Positions 17,949-28,504 of a DNA stretch of 64,000 bases are shown piece by piece; within the stretch, counting starts at the first letter, position 1; every line of letters starts with the position of its first letter. The notes under the pieces were generated by a model. That model made no database searches, was not told the DNA's origin, and saw nothing but the letters and a program-made list of their open reading frames with translations. The stretch is from a bacterium. Lineage in GTDB: Bacteria > Patescibacteriota > Patescibacteriia > HK-STAS-PATE-3. The stretch lies in the NCBI GenBank assembly GCA_043800725.1, contig JAZDMR010000009.1, positions 26,662 to 90,661 of the forward strand, in the 5' to 3' direction. The translations under genes and the position numbers were made by a program.

Positions 17949-19043
17949 TTAAGTTGTCGGACTATCTTTGCTGATTACTGTTGAGTTAGCCTTATCCCAG
18001 CTGTAATCTTTTGCCAGCAACCAAACTGAGGTTTGTGCTAATTCATCATTGATAAAATCATCAACCGTTTTTGTCCTTATTAGAATATGCCTTGCTCTGA
18101 AAGTCGGTACATCATTTTCATCCAGCACTTTTTCTTCCAGCTTGATAATATGATATCCGTAAGCAGTTTTAACCACATCGGAAATTTCCCCTTCTTCTAA
18201 AGATATAACTGCTTGCTCAAAAGACTCAACCATCTCACCCAAACCGAAATATCCTAAATCTCCGCCGTTGGAGGCGGTTGATTCATCCTGGCTGTATTGC
18301 TCAGCTACTTGTTCAAAGGGTTCGGATCCGTCTCCGTCTTTTACTCGAGCCAAAACCGCTTCAGCTAGCTCTCTAACGTCATTATTCAGTTCTTGATCCT
18401 CTGAAATCTTTTCTTGCAGTTTAGTTCTAACCAAATACGGCCTGATTACTTTTTCTTTAAAAGTCGCCGCATCCCAATTATATAATTCACGGATATTTTT
18501 TTCGACATCAGCCAAATCACCTGATTGTTCGCTGACTGAATCAAACTCAGCATCAACATCCGTCTGGCTGACGCTTACCCCTTGCTTGGTAGCTATCTGG
18601 TTTGTCATCTTATCCCTGATCAGCTTTGTTAAAACTACCCCTTCAATCTCCGTAGTTTCAGGCATGGGAAAAAGTTCAGGATTTAATTCTTCTTGTTTTG
18701 AATAGTAATAGGACAATGTTTCAGTGTCTTCCCGGTATACAGTATAGGAAATTGGACTGCTGTTTACAAAGATTATGGGATATCGCAGAGTTTTGGCCAC
18801 TGAATCAACAGCTGGTGTTTTCCAGACAAAGCCGTAAACTCCCACAGCCACAAAGCCTAAATATAAAACAACAATCGCTAAAGCGATAACAATAGTCTTT
18901 TTCACAATTTTTGAATTATTGTTTGTTATATTCATCGCGCTTTGATTTAATCCAGCCTCTTTTGGGACAATATCTGACTGATTAATCCTAGCTGGATCTT
19001 TTGTATTTTTGGCATTTGTTTTTTGGGATATTTTGTCAGTCAT
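17949..19043 (-). CDS. PpiC/parvulin-type peptidyl-prolyl isomerase (PrsA/SurA-like), membrane-anchored
   Basis: 364 aa with an N-terminal TM. Parvulin domain …FEQAVISLEEGEISDVVKTAYGYHIIKLEEK. Confidence 0.65.
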   Translation of the reverse strand: MTDKISQKTNAKNTKDPARINQSDIVPKEAGLNQSAMNITNNNSKIVKKTIVIALAIVVLYLGFVAVGVYGFVWKTPAVDSVAKTLRYPIIFVNSSPISYTVYREDTETLSYYYSKQEELNPELFPMPETTEIEGVVLTKLIRDKMTNQIATKQGVSVSQTDVDAEFDSVSEQSGDLADVEKNIRELYNWDAATFKEKVIRPYLVRTKLQEKISEDQELNNDVRELAEAVLARVKDGDGSEPFEQVAEQYSQDESTASNGGDLGYFGLGEMVESFEQAVISLEEGEISDVVKTAYGYHIIKLEEKVLDENDVPTFRARHILIRTKTVDDFINDELAQTSVWLLAKDYSWDKANSTVISKDSPTT

Positions 19044-19094
19044 ATATTTAGATTATTTCTTATCAAGAATACTTGATTTAATTTAATATGTCAA

Positions 19095-19529
19095 TCAATT
19101 GCTAAAAATAAAATTCCACCATTTTTGAGGGTTGGGCTGTTCAATCAGGACAGCTGTTGAATTATTTTCAGCCCCTTTAGAGCTATTAGCGTTATCGGTA
19201 ACTGATTCAGGAATGTTCAAAACTGTTTCTCCTGGCTTTTTTAAGCCTAACTTGATTCTTGCTTCCTGTTCTTGATAGTCAGTACTTTTTAAATAAGAAA
19301 TCAATGAGCTCAATTCATCATTTCTCCCTTCCAGTAGCTCAATTTCACCTTTTAAATCATCAACTTCATCAGTTATTGCATGCCTACGAATCACTTCCTC
19401 AACTATGGCAAAACTGACAAATCCGAAGATTATCAAAGCGATTATTAAAACCACTCGGGTTTTAAGAAGAGCGGATATGCCTTTTTTCTTTTTCATGGGC
19501 AGTTTTCTAGTCATGATTGGTTTGCTCAA
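19095..19529 (-). CDS. FtsB/DivIC-like septum formation initiator
   Basis: 144 aa. N-terminal TM followed by a coiled coil (LKGEIELLEGRNDELSS…QEARIKLGLKKPGE). Confidence 0.5.
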   Translation of the reverse strand: MSKPIMTRKLPMKKKKGISALLKTRVVLIIALIIFGFVSFAIVEEVIRRHAITDEVDDLKGEIELLEGRNDELSSLISYLKSTDYQEQEARIKLGLKKPGETVLNIPESVTDNANSSKGAENNSTAVLIEQPNPQKWWNFIFSN

Positions 19530-20037
19530 TCGCCGGACTTGAACCTTCCATTTGATCTTGTAATTCAGTTAATAAATCCTGAATCTGTTCGGGATTATGA
19601 ATATAATCAAGCATTATTTTTCCCTGCGTCCCGGCTGTCTGGATGGTAATAGTACCATAGTGAAACATGGTTGGCGCCATTCCTTTGATCGAGTAGCTTA
19701 CATCTTGAATTTTTCTATAGATTGTTTCGGATACCGTCCGATTAAAAAATCCTTTTTGATCGATATCAATCAGCCTTTGATCAGTAACTATTAGCACATT
19801 CAAAGACCAAATATACCACGAGCGATAGATCATAATTCCCGAAAATACCAGTATGACAGCAAAGACTATCATGCCCCACCAATAATTATTTATAAAGTAC
19901 GTCATAAAAAAGAAATCTAGCAACATTAAAAGCCCAAAAACAGTCAGTCTTATTATTATAAACAAAGCATATCGCTTAACTATCCTAAGAATTGTTTCGC
20001 CTTCTTTTAAATTTTTGCTAAGATACTTGTTAAGCAT
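19507..20037 (-). CDS. Membrane protein with a bacterial PH (bPH_2/YdbT-like) domain
   Basis: 176 aa. Two N-terminal TM helices, then a TDQRLIDIDQKGFFNRTVSETIY…GTITIQTAG pattern. Confidence 0.5.
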   Translation of the reverse strand: MLNKYLSKNLKEGETILRIVKRYALFIIIRLTVFGLLMLLDFFFMTYFINNYWWGMIVFAVILVFSGIMIYRSWYIWSLNVLIVTDQRLIDIDQKGFFNRTVSETIYRKIQDVSYSIKGMAPTMFHYGTITIQTAGTQGKIMLDYIHNPEQIQDLLTELQDQMEGSSPAIEQTNHD

Positions 20038-20148
20038 ATGAAACGGAAAAATGTTGTTAAAATAACCTGGATAATTATCGCTACGCTGATGATCGTGGGG
20101 ATGCTGTTGTTTACGATCTCCCCTCTTTTATCCAGCCTTTTTTAGATT

Positions 20149-21921
20149 TTACCGACGTAGCAGCTTAATAAAAGCGCTTGCGGGAATGGCCACTCGTCCC
20201 AGGGTTTTCATCCTTTTTTTGCCTTTTTTCTGCTTATCGAGCAGCTTTCTTTTTCTGGTAACGTCACCACCATAGAGCTTGGCAGTTACGTCTTTTCGAA
20301 GAGGGGCAATGCGGCTTGAGGCGATTATTCGTCCGCTTAGTAAGGCCTGAATTTTGATTTCAAACTGCTGCCTGGTCAATACCTCTTTTAGGGTATCCAC
20401 AATCCTTCTGGCTCTTGAATAGACATCTTCTTTATAAACGATACTGGACAATGCTTCAACCGGCTCTTGTGAAATCTGTATATCCAACCTGACCAGATCG
20501 GTTTTTCGATAATTTAACATTTCATAGTTCATAGAAGCATATCCCTGGGATACGCTTTTCAATTTATCATGAAAATCTACAATTAAAGAGGCTAAAGGAA
20601 TCTGATAATGTAAAACAATACGATCAGCATCCAAGTACTCGGTATTTTGATATGTACCCCTTCTCTCGTTTACAGACGTCATGATAGCCCCGACATATCG
20701 GCTAGGAGTAACAATTGTCAATTCCATCCAGGGCTCCTCTAATATTTTCGTTTTCATACTGTTGGGAAATTCCAGGGGACTGGCAAATTCAATAACTGAT
20801 GAATCAATCATCTTGGCTCGATAAGCCACAGTCGGCACGGTAATAATCACTTCTACGTCAAATTCTCTTTTTATTCTTTCCTCAATTACCTCCATATGAA
20901 GCATACCCAAAAAGCCGCACCGAAAACCATGGCCCAAGGCCGGTGAATGCTCTGGTTCAAAATTCAAGGCAGCATCATTAAGCTGTAATTTTTGCAAGCT
21001 TTCTCTGAGCTTGGCAAATTCGTCTCCGTTTTTACTGTAAAGCGAGGCGTAGACCATGGGTTTAATCTTTTTATAGCCAGGCAGTGCCGGTGACGGATTT
21101 TTCAACGAAGTAACCGTGTCACCGACTGGCGTGTCTTTTACATCTCTTATTCCAGTGATAATATACCCGATTTCACCCGCCGATAGCACTTTATCTGCTT
21201 TAGGCTTATCTAGAAAATGACCCAGCTCTAATACCTTGGTTTTCTCTCCGGTAGCTATCAGCTTGACCTCTTGGCCTATGTGAAATTCACCCGTAACTAC
21301 TCTTATGGAATTTATTACTCCTTGGTAATCATCAAACTGGGAATCAAATATCAAAGCCTGGTCAAATGATTTGTCGCCTACTTTGGGCGCTGGAATGTCG
21401 CTAATAATTTTAGCTAATAATTCCGCCACTCCTTTGCCGGTCTTGGCTGATACTTCCAAAATTTCCTGTTCCGCCACTCCGATCAGCTTTGAAATCTCAG
21501 TTTTAACTTTGGCAACCTGTGCAGCGGCCAAATCAATTTTATTGACAACCGGAATGATTATCAGATTCTGTTCTAAGGCTAGATAAAGATTGGCCACAGT
21601 CTGGGCTTCGACTCCCTGGGTAGCATCAACAACCAAAATCACACCCTCAACCGCGGCTAGCGATCGGGATACTTCATAATAAAAGTCCACATGACCGGGC
21701 GTATCGATTAAATTCAGCACGGCATCCTGATAATGCATCTGAATCGGCTTTAATTTTATGGTGATTCCCCTTTCCCTTTCCAGGTCCATGGTGTCCAAAA
21801 ACTGCTCTCTCATCTGACGAGAAGTAATAGTTTTAGTCAATTCCAGCATTCTATCCGCCAGAGTGGATTTACCATGATCAATATGGGCAATAATACTGAA
21901 ATTGCGAATCTTCTCAATCAT
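20149..21921 (-). CDS. lepA: Elongation factor 4 (LepA)
   Basis: 590 aa. GTPase G1 AHIDHGKST, DTPGHVDF and NKID motifs, with LepA C-terminal domain architecture. Confidence 0.9.
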   Translation of the reverse strand: MIEKIRNFSIIAHIDHGKSTLADRMLELTKTITSRQMREQFLDTMDLERERGITIKLKPIQMHYQDAVLNLIDTPGHVDFYYEVSRSLAAVEGVILVVDATQGVEAQTVANLYLALEQNLIIIPVVNKIDLAAAQVAKVKTEISKLIGVAEQEILEVSAKTGKGVAELLAKIISDIPAPKVGDKSFDQALIFDSQFDDYQGVINSIRVVTGEFHIGQEVKLIATGEKTKVLELGHFLDKPKADKVLSAGEIGYIITGIRDVKDTPVGDTVTSLKNPSPALPGYKKIKPMVYASLYSKNGDEFAKLRESLQKLQLNDAALNFEPEHSPALGHGFRCGFLGMLHMEVIEERIKREFDVEVIITVPTVAYRAKMIDSSVIEFASPLEFPNSMKTKILEEPWMELTIVTPSRYVGAIMTSVNERRGTYQNTEYLDADRIVLHYQIPLASLIVDFHDKLKSVSQGYASMNYEMLNYRKTDLVRLDIQISQEPVEALSSIVYKEDVYSRARRIVDTLKEVLTRQQFEIKIQALLSGRIIASSRIAPLRKDVTAKLYGGDVTRKRKLLDKQKKGKKRMKTLGRVAIPASAFIKLLRR

Positions 21922-21979
21922 AAAGTATGGAATATTACTAAACCAAGTCCTGTCCCGACGAGGCGCCGGATTGTCCTAG

Positions 21980-22366
21980 TTAGGTAGCTTTACTGGCCCC
22001 CTTGTCAGTCACTGCTCGCAGAGAATAATTATACGCCAGAATAATGCCAACTACTAGAACCAGCTGAATCAGATTCATGTTGATTAGAGAACTAAAAGCA
22101 ACTAACGACAAAATAATTATTGGTAGTTTGTTGAGTTTGAACATTGACCAGATGAGAATTGGATAGACTAAGATCATTATGGCCGCAATTATTATCCAAA
22201 CTGAAAGCATTGACGGATCCTCCAAGGAATCGGTAGATGCAATGAGTATCAGAAATACCACAATGCTGTAGAGAATTATCAGAATGGTCAAGACAAGAGA
22301 GGCCCAGTATAGCACTCCGGCATGGGGCTTTTTCCTCAATCGTTCTTTTTGTTTTTTGTTAGGCAT
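21980..22366 (-). CDS. Small membrane protein (128 aa)
   Basis: Four predicted TM helices. No motif. Confidence 0.35.
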   Translation of the reverse strand: MPNKKQKERLRKKPHAGVLYWASLVLTILIILYSIVVFLILIASTDSLEDPSMLSVWIIIAAIMILVYPILIWSMFKLNKLPIIILSLVAFSSLINMNLIQLVLVVGIILAYNYSLRAVTDKGASKAT

Positions 22367-22423
22367 ATTGTGAATTAATTAAGAACTAATATTAACATAA
22401 ACAGTATATCATACCTGGTAGAC

Positions 22424-24046
22424 TTACTGAACTCCATTATTCGAGCCTCCGTTTCCCAGCTGCTTTAATTGATGCCAGATTTTTATCAGCCACTGCCTGA
22501 CTATGGTTACTTCATCAAATCTAAAAACTAAAGCGATAATAATATATACGGCCAAACCGATGCTGCCCGCTACCGAGCCTTGCAAAAAAATGCCGATAAA
22601 GGTTCGATTATTAATTCCCGGCAATATTGCCCGCAAGCTCAACCAGACAGCCAGGCCCATGACAGCTGTAGCAATTACTATTTTTAGGGATGATTTGATA
22701 ATTTTTTGGTCGTCTAAATCTCCGTGCCGGGCCCGCAGCACCCCTATTAACAAAAGCATATTTACAATATTTGATACTGAAAAAGCCGCTGCCAGTCCGA
22801 TAATGCCGTAGATCGGGGCCAGACAAATTGATAACCCAACATTGATTAATAAGCTGACAATGGCAATTTTAACTGGAGTTTTGGTATCTTTGTCTGCATA
22901 AAAAGATCTGGCCAGCATGGGAATTAGACTTTGCGCTACCAACGACAGGGAAAAAAATCCCAATGTCTGGGACGTCAAATAAGTCGCCTCCCAGTCAAAT
23001 TCCCCCACCCCCAAGACAATTCTTACAATATGAGCTCTTAATAACAGTATCAAGACCGCGGCAGGAATAATAAAAAAAAGTATTCTGCGAAACGTCATTG
23101 AGAAATGCTCTACAAACTTTAATCTATTTTGCTCTGAGAATGCTTCGGAGAAAAACGGAAAGGCCGCAACTGCCAAAGAAACTCCAATTAAACCAATGGG
23201 AAAGCTTTGCAGGTTATTGGCCAAATTGAATATGGCTACTGAACCAACCGCCAAAGTAGACCCGATTATAGTAATTACCACATGGTTCAATTGATTTACG
23301 GCTAATCCCAAGGTTCTGGGCAACATCAAAGTTAAAATCTTTCTGACGCCTGGATCTTTGATATCCAGCTGGGTAGTATAGCGATAGCCTGTTTTTAATA
23401 CTGCCGGAATTTGAACAATTAAATGCAAAAAAGCGCCCAAAACCACGCCCCAAGCCAAGCCATTTATCCCCCACCAGTAATAAAACACTCCGATACCGAT
23501 AATAATGCCCAAATTGTAAAATATTGGGGCAACGGCATAGGCGGCAAATCTCTTAAAAGCGTTAAGCAGACCGCTCAACACATTGCTGATACTGAAAAAA
23601 AGTATGGAAAGAAGCATTATTCTGGTCAGCGTGGTAGTCATTTCCAGCTTATCAGCCGGAAATCCAGGAGCTAGCCAGGGCACTATCCAGGGAGTAAAAA
23701 TAATTAAAATAATCGTCAGAACGCCCAAAACAATCATCAGGCCATTCATGACTGAATTAGTAATCCGCCAGGCTACTTCGCGTCCCTGCGGACTATTGTC
23801 TTTTTGCCAATATTCAATAAATATCGGGATGAAGGCCGAGGAAAGGGCGCCCAGAACCAGCACGTTGAAAATCAGATCCGGCAATTTAAAAGCGGTATAA
23901 TAAGCATCTAATACGTCGCCAGCGCCAAACTGGGATGCCAGCATCCGATCTCTGACAAAGCCCAATATTTTGCTGATCATAGATGCGGCCGCGATTAATA
24001 AAGCACCGCCAGCCACGCTAGTCTGAAGTTTTTGCCAGATACTCAT
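22424..24046 (-). CDS. murJ: Lipid II flippase MurJ (MviN)
   Basis: 540 aa, about 14 TM. Conserved N-terminus GGALLIAAASMISKILGFVRDRMLASQFGAG. Confidence 0.85.
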   Translation of the reverse strand: MSIWQKLQTSVAGGALLIAAASMISKILGFVRDRMLASQFGAGDVLDAYYTAFKLPDLIFNVLVLGALSSAFIPIFIEYWQKDNSPQGREVAWRITNSVMNGLMIVLGVLTIILIIFTPWIVPWLAPGFPADKLEMTTTLTRIMLLSILFFSISNVLSGLLNAFKRFAAYAVAPIFYNLGIIIGIGVFYYWWGINGLAWGVVLGAFLHLIVQIPAVLKTGYRYTTQLDIKDPGVRKILTLMLPRTLGLAVNQLNHVVITIIGSTLAVGSVAIFNLANNLQSFPIGLIGVSLAVAAFPFFSEAFSEQNRLKFVEHFSMTFRRILFFIIPAAVLILLLRAHIVRIVLGVGEFDWEATYLTSQTLGFFSLSLVAQSLIPMLARSFYADKDTKTPVKIAIVSLLINVGLSICLAPIYGIIGLAAAFSVSNIVNMLLLIGVLRARHGDLDDQKIIKSSLKIVIATAVMGLAVWLSLRAILPGINNRTFIGIFLQGSVAGSIGLAVYIIIALVFRFDEVTIVRQWLIKIWHQLKQLGNGGSNNGVQ

Positions 24047-24070
24047 TAAGGTTTATTTGTTGGATTGTTA

Positions 24071-26239
24071 TTAATTTTTATTTTCAAATAAAACGCCATA
24101 AGATAAATCCTTTGTCAGGGTGCTGGTGTAATGAACTGATCTGCCAATTCTGATTAGGGTACTGTCCTGGGGCGTTGTCCATTGAGCATCCAGCCATTCG
24201 GGATAATTCAGCTCACTCCGGAAATATCTGTTCTTGGCGCCCGGCTGGACCTGAACATACAAGCTGTACCTGGGCTGTTGCTCGTTTTTAAAATTAAAAG
24301 GCAGCCGGTAAGTCAGAGTGGCTTCCACTTTTTCTCCCGGACTGGTCTCCAGCCAATTGCCGAAAACTGTTTTATTTAATGATCGGCCGATCCTTGTGCC
24401 AGAATATTCATCAATAAGAGTGCTGCCTTCTGATTCATTGATATCCGGATCGATCTGGGCTTCCGACTCGGGATATTTAATCCTAGACTCTCCAATACTA
24501 TTAAACCCTTCGGCGCTAACAAATTCACAGCCTTCCGGCACATAAACGCGCAGATAGCTGACATTTTTCATTTTGGTCCAGGGGTCTTCTTTGTCGCCGA
24601 AGTTTTCGCGAATCAACTTAAGTCTAACTGTCGCTATCCCCTGATCATCAATTTCAACATCATGCTCGATTGTTTGATGAATTATTCCATCAGTTTTGCC
24701 CCCGCCAATATTTGTGTCCACCACCATTAAATAATCTGCTGGCACTGACATCATCTGCCCGCCCCAGCCCAAGTCGATTACCCTTTCTTGAATGCTTTGA
24801 TTATTTGAATAGATTAGTAGGTCTCTATCCGTCAAAGATTGTGTTAAAACAGATCCTGCTTCAATTATTTTCTCGGTGGGCAGGAGAAATATTTCGTTTA
24901 AAACGGCGGTCATCAGCTCGCCGATAATCTGTTTTGGCTTGTTTAGCTCTTTATCGTAGGTGATCTCAACGTTTTCCTGTAAAACATCAGTTAATGACTC
25001 GCTATTAACAGTTATACCGAATTCTGGCAGATGGATGGGTCCGGTCAATTTCAAAAGGTCTTCTATCACCTGGGGCGTAAGAGCGATTATTCCGTCAGCA
25101 ACATAGCCTCTGGACTGCTCATAAAACCAGTTTATCTTTCTGGCTGAGGTAGGCCAGTCAGGCCACCAATTGGCATCCTGCGCTTGCCACTGGTTATTGA
25201 CCAGCCACATTGGCTTCGGAGGAATTAGCTTGGGTAAGTTAGCATGATTTAGGTCCAAAAATCCCCTGCCGGGTACATCCAATATTCTTATTTGACCTGA
25301 CTTAACCGAGGCCAGAGCAAAACTGCCCATAAATCCTCCGGTAGCCCTGAGCTCATTGCTGTTTTGGAAAATTAGCAAATATTGTTTATCTTCCTTACTG
25401 CCAATCAAATCTATCAGGGTTTGAGCGGTCTTTTCAATCTTTTCGTACGACTCCATTAATGCCGGAAGCTGATTTTTTACCGTACTAATTGTATCTTGAT
25501 AATTCTCAGGCACATCTTTTACCTTCACCTTATCAAGTTCCTGAGCAGCCTTCCTGACATGAGGCCCAATTTCTATTAAATTTGTTTCAACAATATCCAA
25601 AGCCAGGCCAATGCTTGTTTTATCGGTAACGTCAAGGCCAATGGTGTTTTGGCTGGTCAACGCCTGGATGCTCTGGCTAAAAAGCTGGCCGGCCATAGAC
25701 ATTTCTTTACCGGCAATAATCAATGCTTCGCCGCTTTTTATCGACGACCCGGTAAACGGGAGATGCTTGGTAATAGTAAAAAGTATTCCATTAATCCCAG
25801 TCAGAATTTCCTCCGCCCTGTCGAATTCTTGCAAAGCGCTGCCAAACGATTGCTGAGCATCGTTAAAATTATACGACACTGCATAATCGCCCGCTTCCTG
25901 AAGATGGGAAAAAGCTTCAGTAGAGGCAGCCAATACTTGTCCTTTTGCCTTAGTTAAATTTTTGATCATCCCAGAAGCAAAAAACGGTGTGCTGATCACC
26001 AGCGAAACCAAAACAAAGGCTGACAAGGCAATCATGACTCGTCTATTAAATACCCTAGAAGTGTTCGATTTCAAATCCTGCCAAAGCAAGCTGATCATTT
26101 CTCCGGGCCCCGGCCCTTGGTCCTCAGTCGCTTGCTTCTTGTTTGTATTAAAATCACTCGGTGCCTGTTTAGGGAGGTTCCTTAAATCCAGGACATTACT
26201 TTCGGGTATCTTGTGTTTATTTGTGGTTTTATTCGACAT
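24071..26239 (-). CDS. DUF4012-like large secreted/membrane-anchored protein
   Basis: 722 aa with an N-terminal TM anchor. Motif …QDANWWPDWPTSARKINWFYEQS…ADGIIALTPQVIEDLLKLTGPI… resembles DUF4012. Sits beside murJ and GT genes. Confidence 0.55.
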   Translation of the reverse strand: MSNKTTNKHKIPESNVLDLRNLPKQAPSDFNTNKKQATEDQGPGPGEMISLLWQDLKSNTSRVFNRRVMIALSAFVLVSLVISTPFFASGMIKNLTKAKGQVLAASTEAFSHLQEAGDYAVSYNFNDAQQSFGSALQEFDRAEEILTGINGILFTITKHLPFTGSSIKSGEALIIAGKEMSMAGQLFSQSIQALTSQNTIGLDVTDKTSIGLALDIVETNLIEIGPHVRKAAQELDKVKVKDVPENYQDTISTVKNQLPALMESYEKIEKTAQTLIDLIGSKEDKQYLLIFQNSNELRATGGFMGSFALASVKSGQIRILDVPGRGFLDLNHANLPKLIPPKPMWLVNNQWQAQDANWWPDWPTSARKINWFYEQSRGYVADGIIALTPQVIEDLLKLTGPIHLPEFGITVNSESLTDVLQENVEITYDKELNKPKQIIGELMTAVLNEIFLLPTEKIIEAGSVLTQSLTDRDLLIYSNNQSIQERVIDLGWGGQMMSVPADYLMVVDTNIGGGKTDGIIHQTIEHDVEIDDQGIATVRLKLIRENFGDKEDPWTKMKNVSYLRVYVPEGCEFVSAEGFNSIGESRIKYPESEAQIDPDINESEGSTLIDEYSGTRIGRSLNKTVFGNWLETSPGEKVEATLTYRLPFNFKNEQQPRYSLYVQVQPGAKNRYFRSELNYPEWLDAQWTTPQDSTLIRIGRSVHYTSTLTKDLSYGVLFENKN

Positions 26240-26339
26240 ATCTTGCTGTAACGTCTCCTAGTATATTATAGCAATTCTTGATAAATTTCCAGCGTTTTCT
26301 AAGATAATACCAGTAATAATTTTCTTGTATTAACCCCCC

Positions 26340-26368
26340 TTGACAGAAATTGTTATACGTGCTATACA
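26340..26368 (+). promoter_or_regulatory. Near-consensus sigma70 promoter (TTGACA-17-TATACA)
   Basis: ccccTTGACAgaaattgttatacgtgcTATACAaat, about 55 nt upstream of the small ORF ATG at 26422. Confidence 0.45.
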
Positions 26369-26421
26369 AATAGGTTAATTTGTCCTTTTAAACCAAGTGA
26401 TAAAGATTGGGGGGTATAAAA

Positions 26422-26622
26422 ATGGACCTGGGATCTTTTGCTGACGCAGTTGAGAATGCTATAAGCTTTATTTTAAAGTATACTCTTGGCATCTCTTGCT
26501 TTATATTTTCAGTACGTTTGTTGTTGATTGATCAAGGATCCAAAATATCTAATGATGCAAGGTGGGGACTTTTGTTTTTTAGTCTATTTTACATCATATT
26601 AAAGGTTGGCTCCCTAAATTAA
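26422..26622 (+). CDS. Small hydrophobic protein (66 aa from the ATG; ORF track lists a TTG start at 26407)
   Basis: MDLGSFADAVENAISFILKYTLGISCFIFSVRLLL… with a G-rich SD (GGGGGGT) 7 nt upstream. Has its own promoter and terminator. Antiparallel to both neighbours. Confidence 0.35.
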   Translation: MDLGSFADAVENAISFILKYTLGISCFIFSVRLLLIDQGSKISNDARWGLLFFSLFYIILKVGSLN

Positions 26623-26707
26623 GCTTCTACATCAGGAATGCTTGCCTGTCAGACAACATCGCACTTTAATAGTTGGAATTATTATGCCTCCTACTCCAAA
26701 CAAACCT

Positions 26708-26745
26708 GAGCTCTTAATATTAATACATTAAGAGCTCTTTTTTTA
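26708..26745 (+). terminator. Strong rho-independent terminator (GAGCTCTTAAT-8 nt-ATTAAGAGCTC then TTTTTTT)
   Basis: 11-bp perfect stem plus a T7 run. Confidence 0.65.
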
Positions 26746-26751
26746 TTGTAA

Positions 26752-27900
26752 CTAGAGCAGTTCTTGATAAAGTTCCAGTGTTTTTTGGGCTGTTTTGTCC
26801 CATTGATATTTATCAGCTTGTTTGTGTCCTTTATTAATTAATGACTGCCTTAAATCGTCTGAATCCAACACTTTAGACATTTCCTGGGCCATATTATCCG
26901 GGTTATGCGGATCAAAGTAGTGTGCTGCTTCTCCTAATATTTCAGTAAGGCACGAGCTCTTGGCTGAGACAACCGGCACGCCAGCTTGCATGGCTTCCAG
27001 GGCTGGTAAGCCAAACCCTTCCATCAGTGATGGGAAAACATACATCTTGGCATTTTTGTACAGCCAGAGCAGTTCACGGTCATTTACAAATCCCGGGAAA
27101 ATTACCTGGGCTGGCAGACGATCCAGATCAAGCTCTGATGCCAAGCTGCGCACTCTTTTATAAAAGTAATCCATGCGTCCAACTAAAATTAGGGATTCGG
27201 TTCTGCCCCGGTCTTTTAATTTCTTCCAGGCCAGGAGAAGCTTCTCAACATTTTTGTGCGGATAAACATTACCAACATAAAGAACATAGTCCTGGGGCAG
27301 GCCTGCTTTTAAATTAGGGGCTTTGGCATCGTCAAAAGACGGGCTTAAATCACTCCCTTCATAAATGACTGATATTTTTGATAACGGAACTTTCAGTCGT
27401 TGGCTTATTTCCTGGGCAGAGTAATCCGATACAGTGACTATCTTGGCTGATTTTTTAGCTGCGTTTCTCAACACTAGCTGAGAAGCATAATGCTTTATCT
27501 TATATCGAAAAGCACCTAAGGTAGTTGCTCGTTCTGTGGGAAACTCAGTAAGAATCAAATCATGAATCGTGGTAATAAATTTTCTACGATACAGCAAGGG
27601 TACGTTAAAATGGGCAAAGTGCACCAAATCAAGACCGTATTTTAGCAGGTGTGCTAGAAACTTTGTCTGTTCGCTTACGGAATACCATTGATAAGGAGCC
27701 AGCACCTTGGTAAATAGCTTATTTTTTGGCTGGTACTCAAACCAGTTTTCCCTTTTCAAAAAAACAAAGAACCTGAAATCAGAATTCAGCTTTTCTAGGC
27801 TATTAATTAATCTCTCAGTATAGCGGCCTAATCCTTTGCCAATCGGTCCATAGAATCTTGCGTCAATTCCAATGGCCGGCTTAGTCTTGTCGTGAGCCAC
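26752..27900 (-). CDS. GT4-family (GT-B) glycosyltransferase
   Basis: 382 aa. C-terminal EGFGLPALEAMQAGVPVV motif (EX7E-like). Confidence 0.75.
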   Translation of the reverse strand: MAHDKTKPAIGIDARFYGPIGKGLGRYTERLINSLEKLNSDFRFFVFLKRENWFEYQPKNKLFTKVLAPYQWYSVSEQTKFLAHLLKYGLDLVHFAHFNVPLLYRRKFITTIHDLILTEFPTERATTLGAFRYKIKHYASQLVLRNAAKKSAKIVTVSDYSAQEISQRLKVPLSKISVIYEGSDLSPSFDDAKAPNLKAGLPQDYVLYVGNVYPHKNVEKLLLAWKKLKDRGRTESLILVGRMDYFYKRVRSLASELDLDRLPAQVIFPGFVNDRELLWLYKNAKMYVFPSLMEGFGLPALEAMQAGVPVVSAKSSCLTEILGEAAHYFDPHNPDNMAQEMSKVLDSDDLRQSLINKGHKQADKYQWDKTAQKTLELYQELL

Positions 27901-28504
27901 GTTTTACCCCTTCTATTGCGGCAGCTAAAAACAAACCAATAAAAAATCCAGCAATCAAACCAATTATTCCATATAATACAGAATCAATTCTATTTTCCAC
28001 TACCACAGATTTAGAGGCCTGAGCTTCAAACGACGCTTGATCATCAGTTGTGGTAACCAATTGAGCCACGCGAGTGCTAATATCCTCGGTAATCGCTGCG
28101 GCTAGCTTCCTGGCAACTTCCTCTGATTCTTCGTTAACCTTGACGACAATATTCTGCGATGACAGTTTTCTGGTTGTGAACCTGCGAGTTATGTCATTGA
28201 GTGATTTAATAGCTGGGTCTAAATCCGCTCTCTGGTATATCTCAGTAACCACTGATGGGGTGGCTAACCAGCTAACCACTGTCTGGGATACCAAGTCAGA
28301 TGCTTGGATAGCGTAAAATTCATCATACTGAAATTCAGAAGTTTCCGGATTATTAACCCGCTTTATCGTAATTGAGACCGAAGCATCATAAGTGATTGGC
28401 CTGCTGAACGCATAAAAATACGCTCCCAGGACGGATATAATGACAACTATGATAATTAGCCAGCGATGGCGAAAGAGCGATTTTATGTAGTCATCTAATT
28501 CCAT
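27881..28504 (-). CDS. Wzz/polysaccharide co-polymerase-like chain-length determinant (short form)
   Basis: 207 aa. N-terminal TM and C-terminal TM (GIIGLIAGFFIGLFLAAAIEG) bracketing a soluble domain. Embedded in a GT cluster. Confidence 0.45.
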   Translation of the reverse strand: MELDDYIKSLFRHRWLIIIVVIISVLGAYFYAFSRPITYDASVSITIKRVNNPETSEFQYDEFYAIQASDLVSQTVVSWLATPSVVTEIYQRADLDPAIKSLNDITRRFTTRKLSSQNIVVKVNEESEEVARKLAAAITEDISTRVAQLVTTTDDQASFEAQASKSVVVENRIDSVLYGIIGLIAGFFIGLFLAAAIEGVKRGSRQD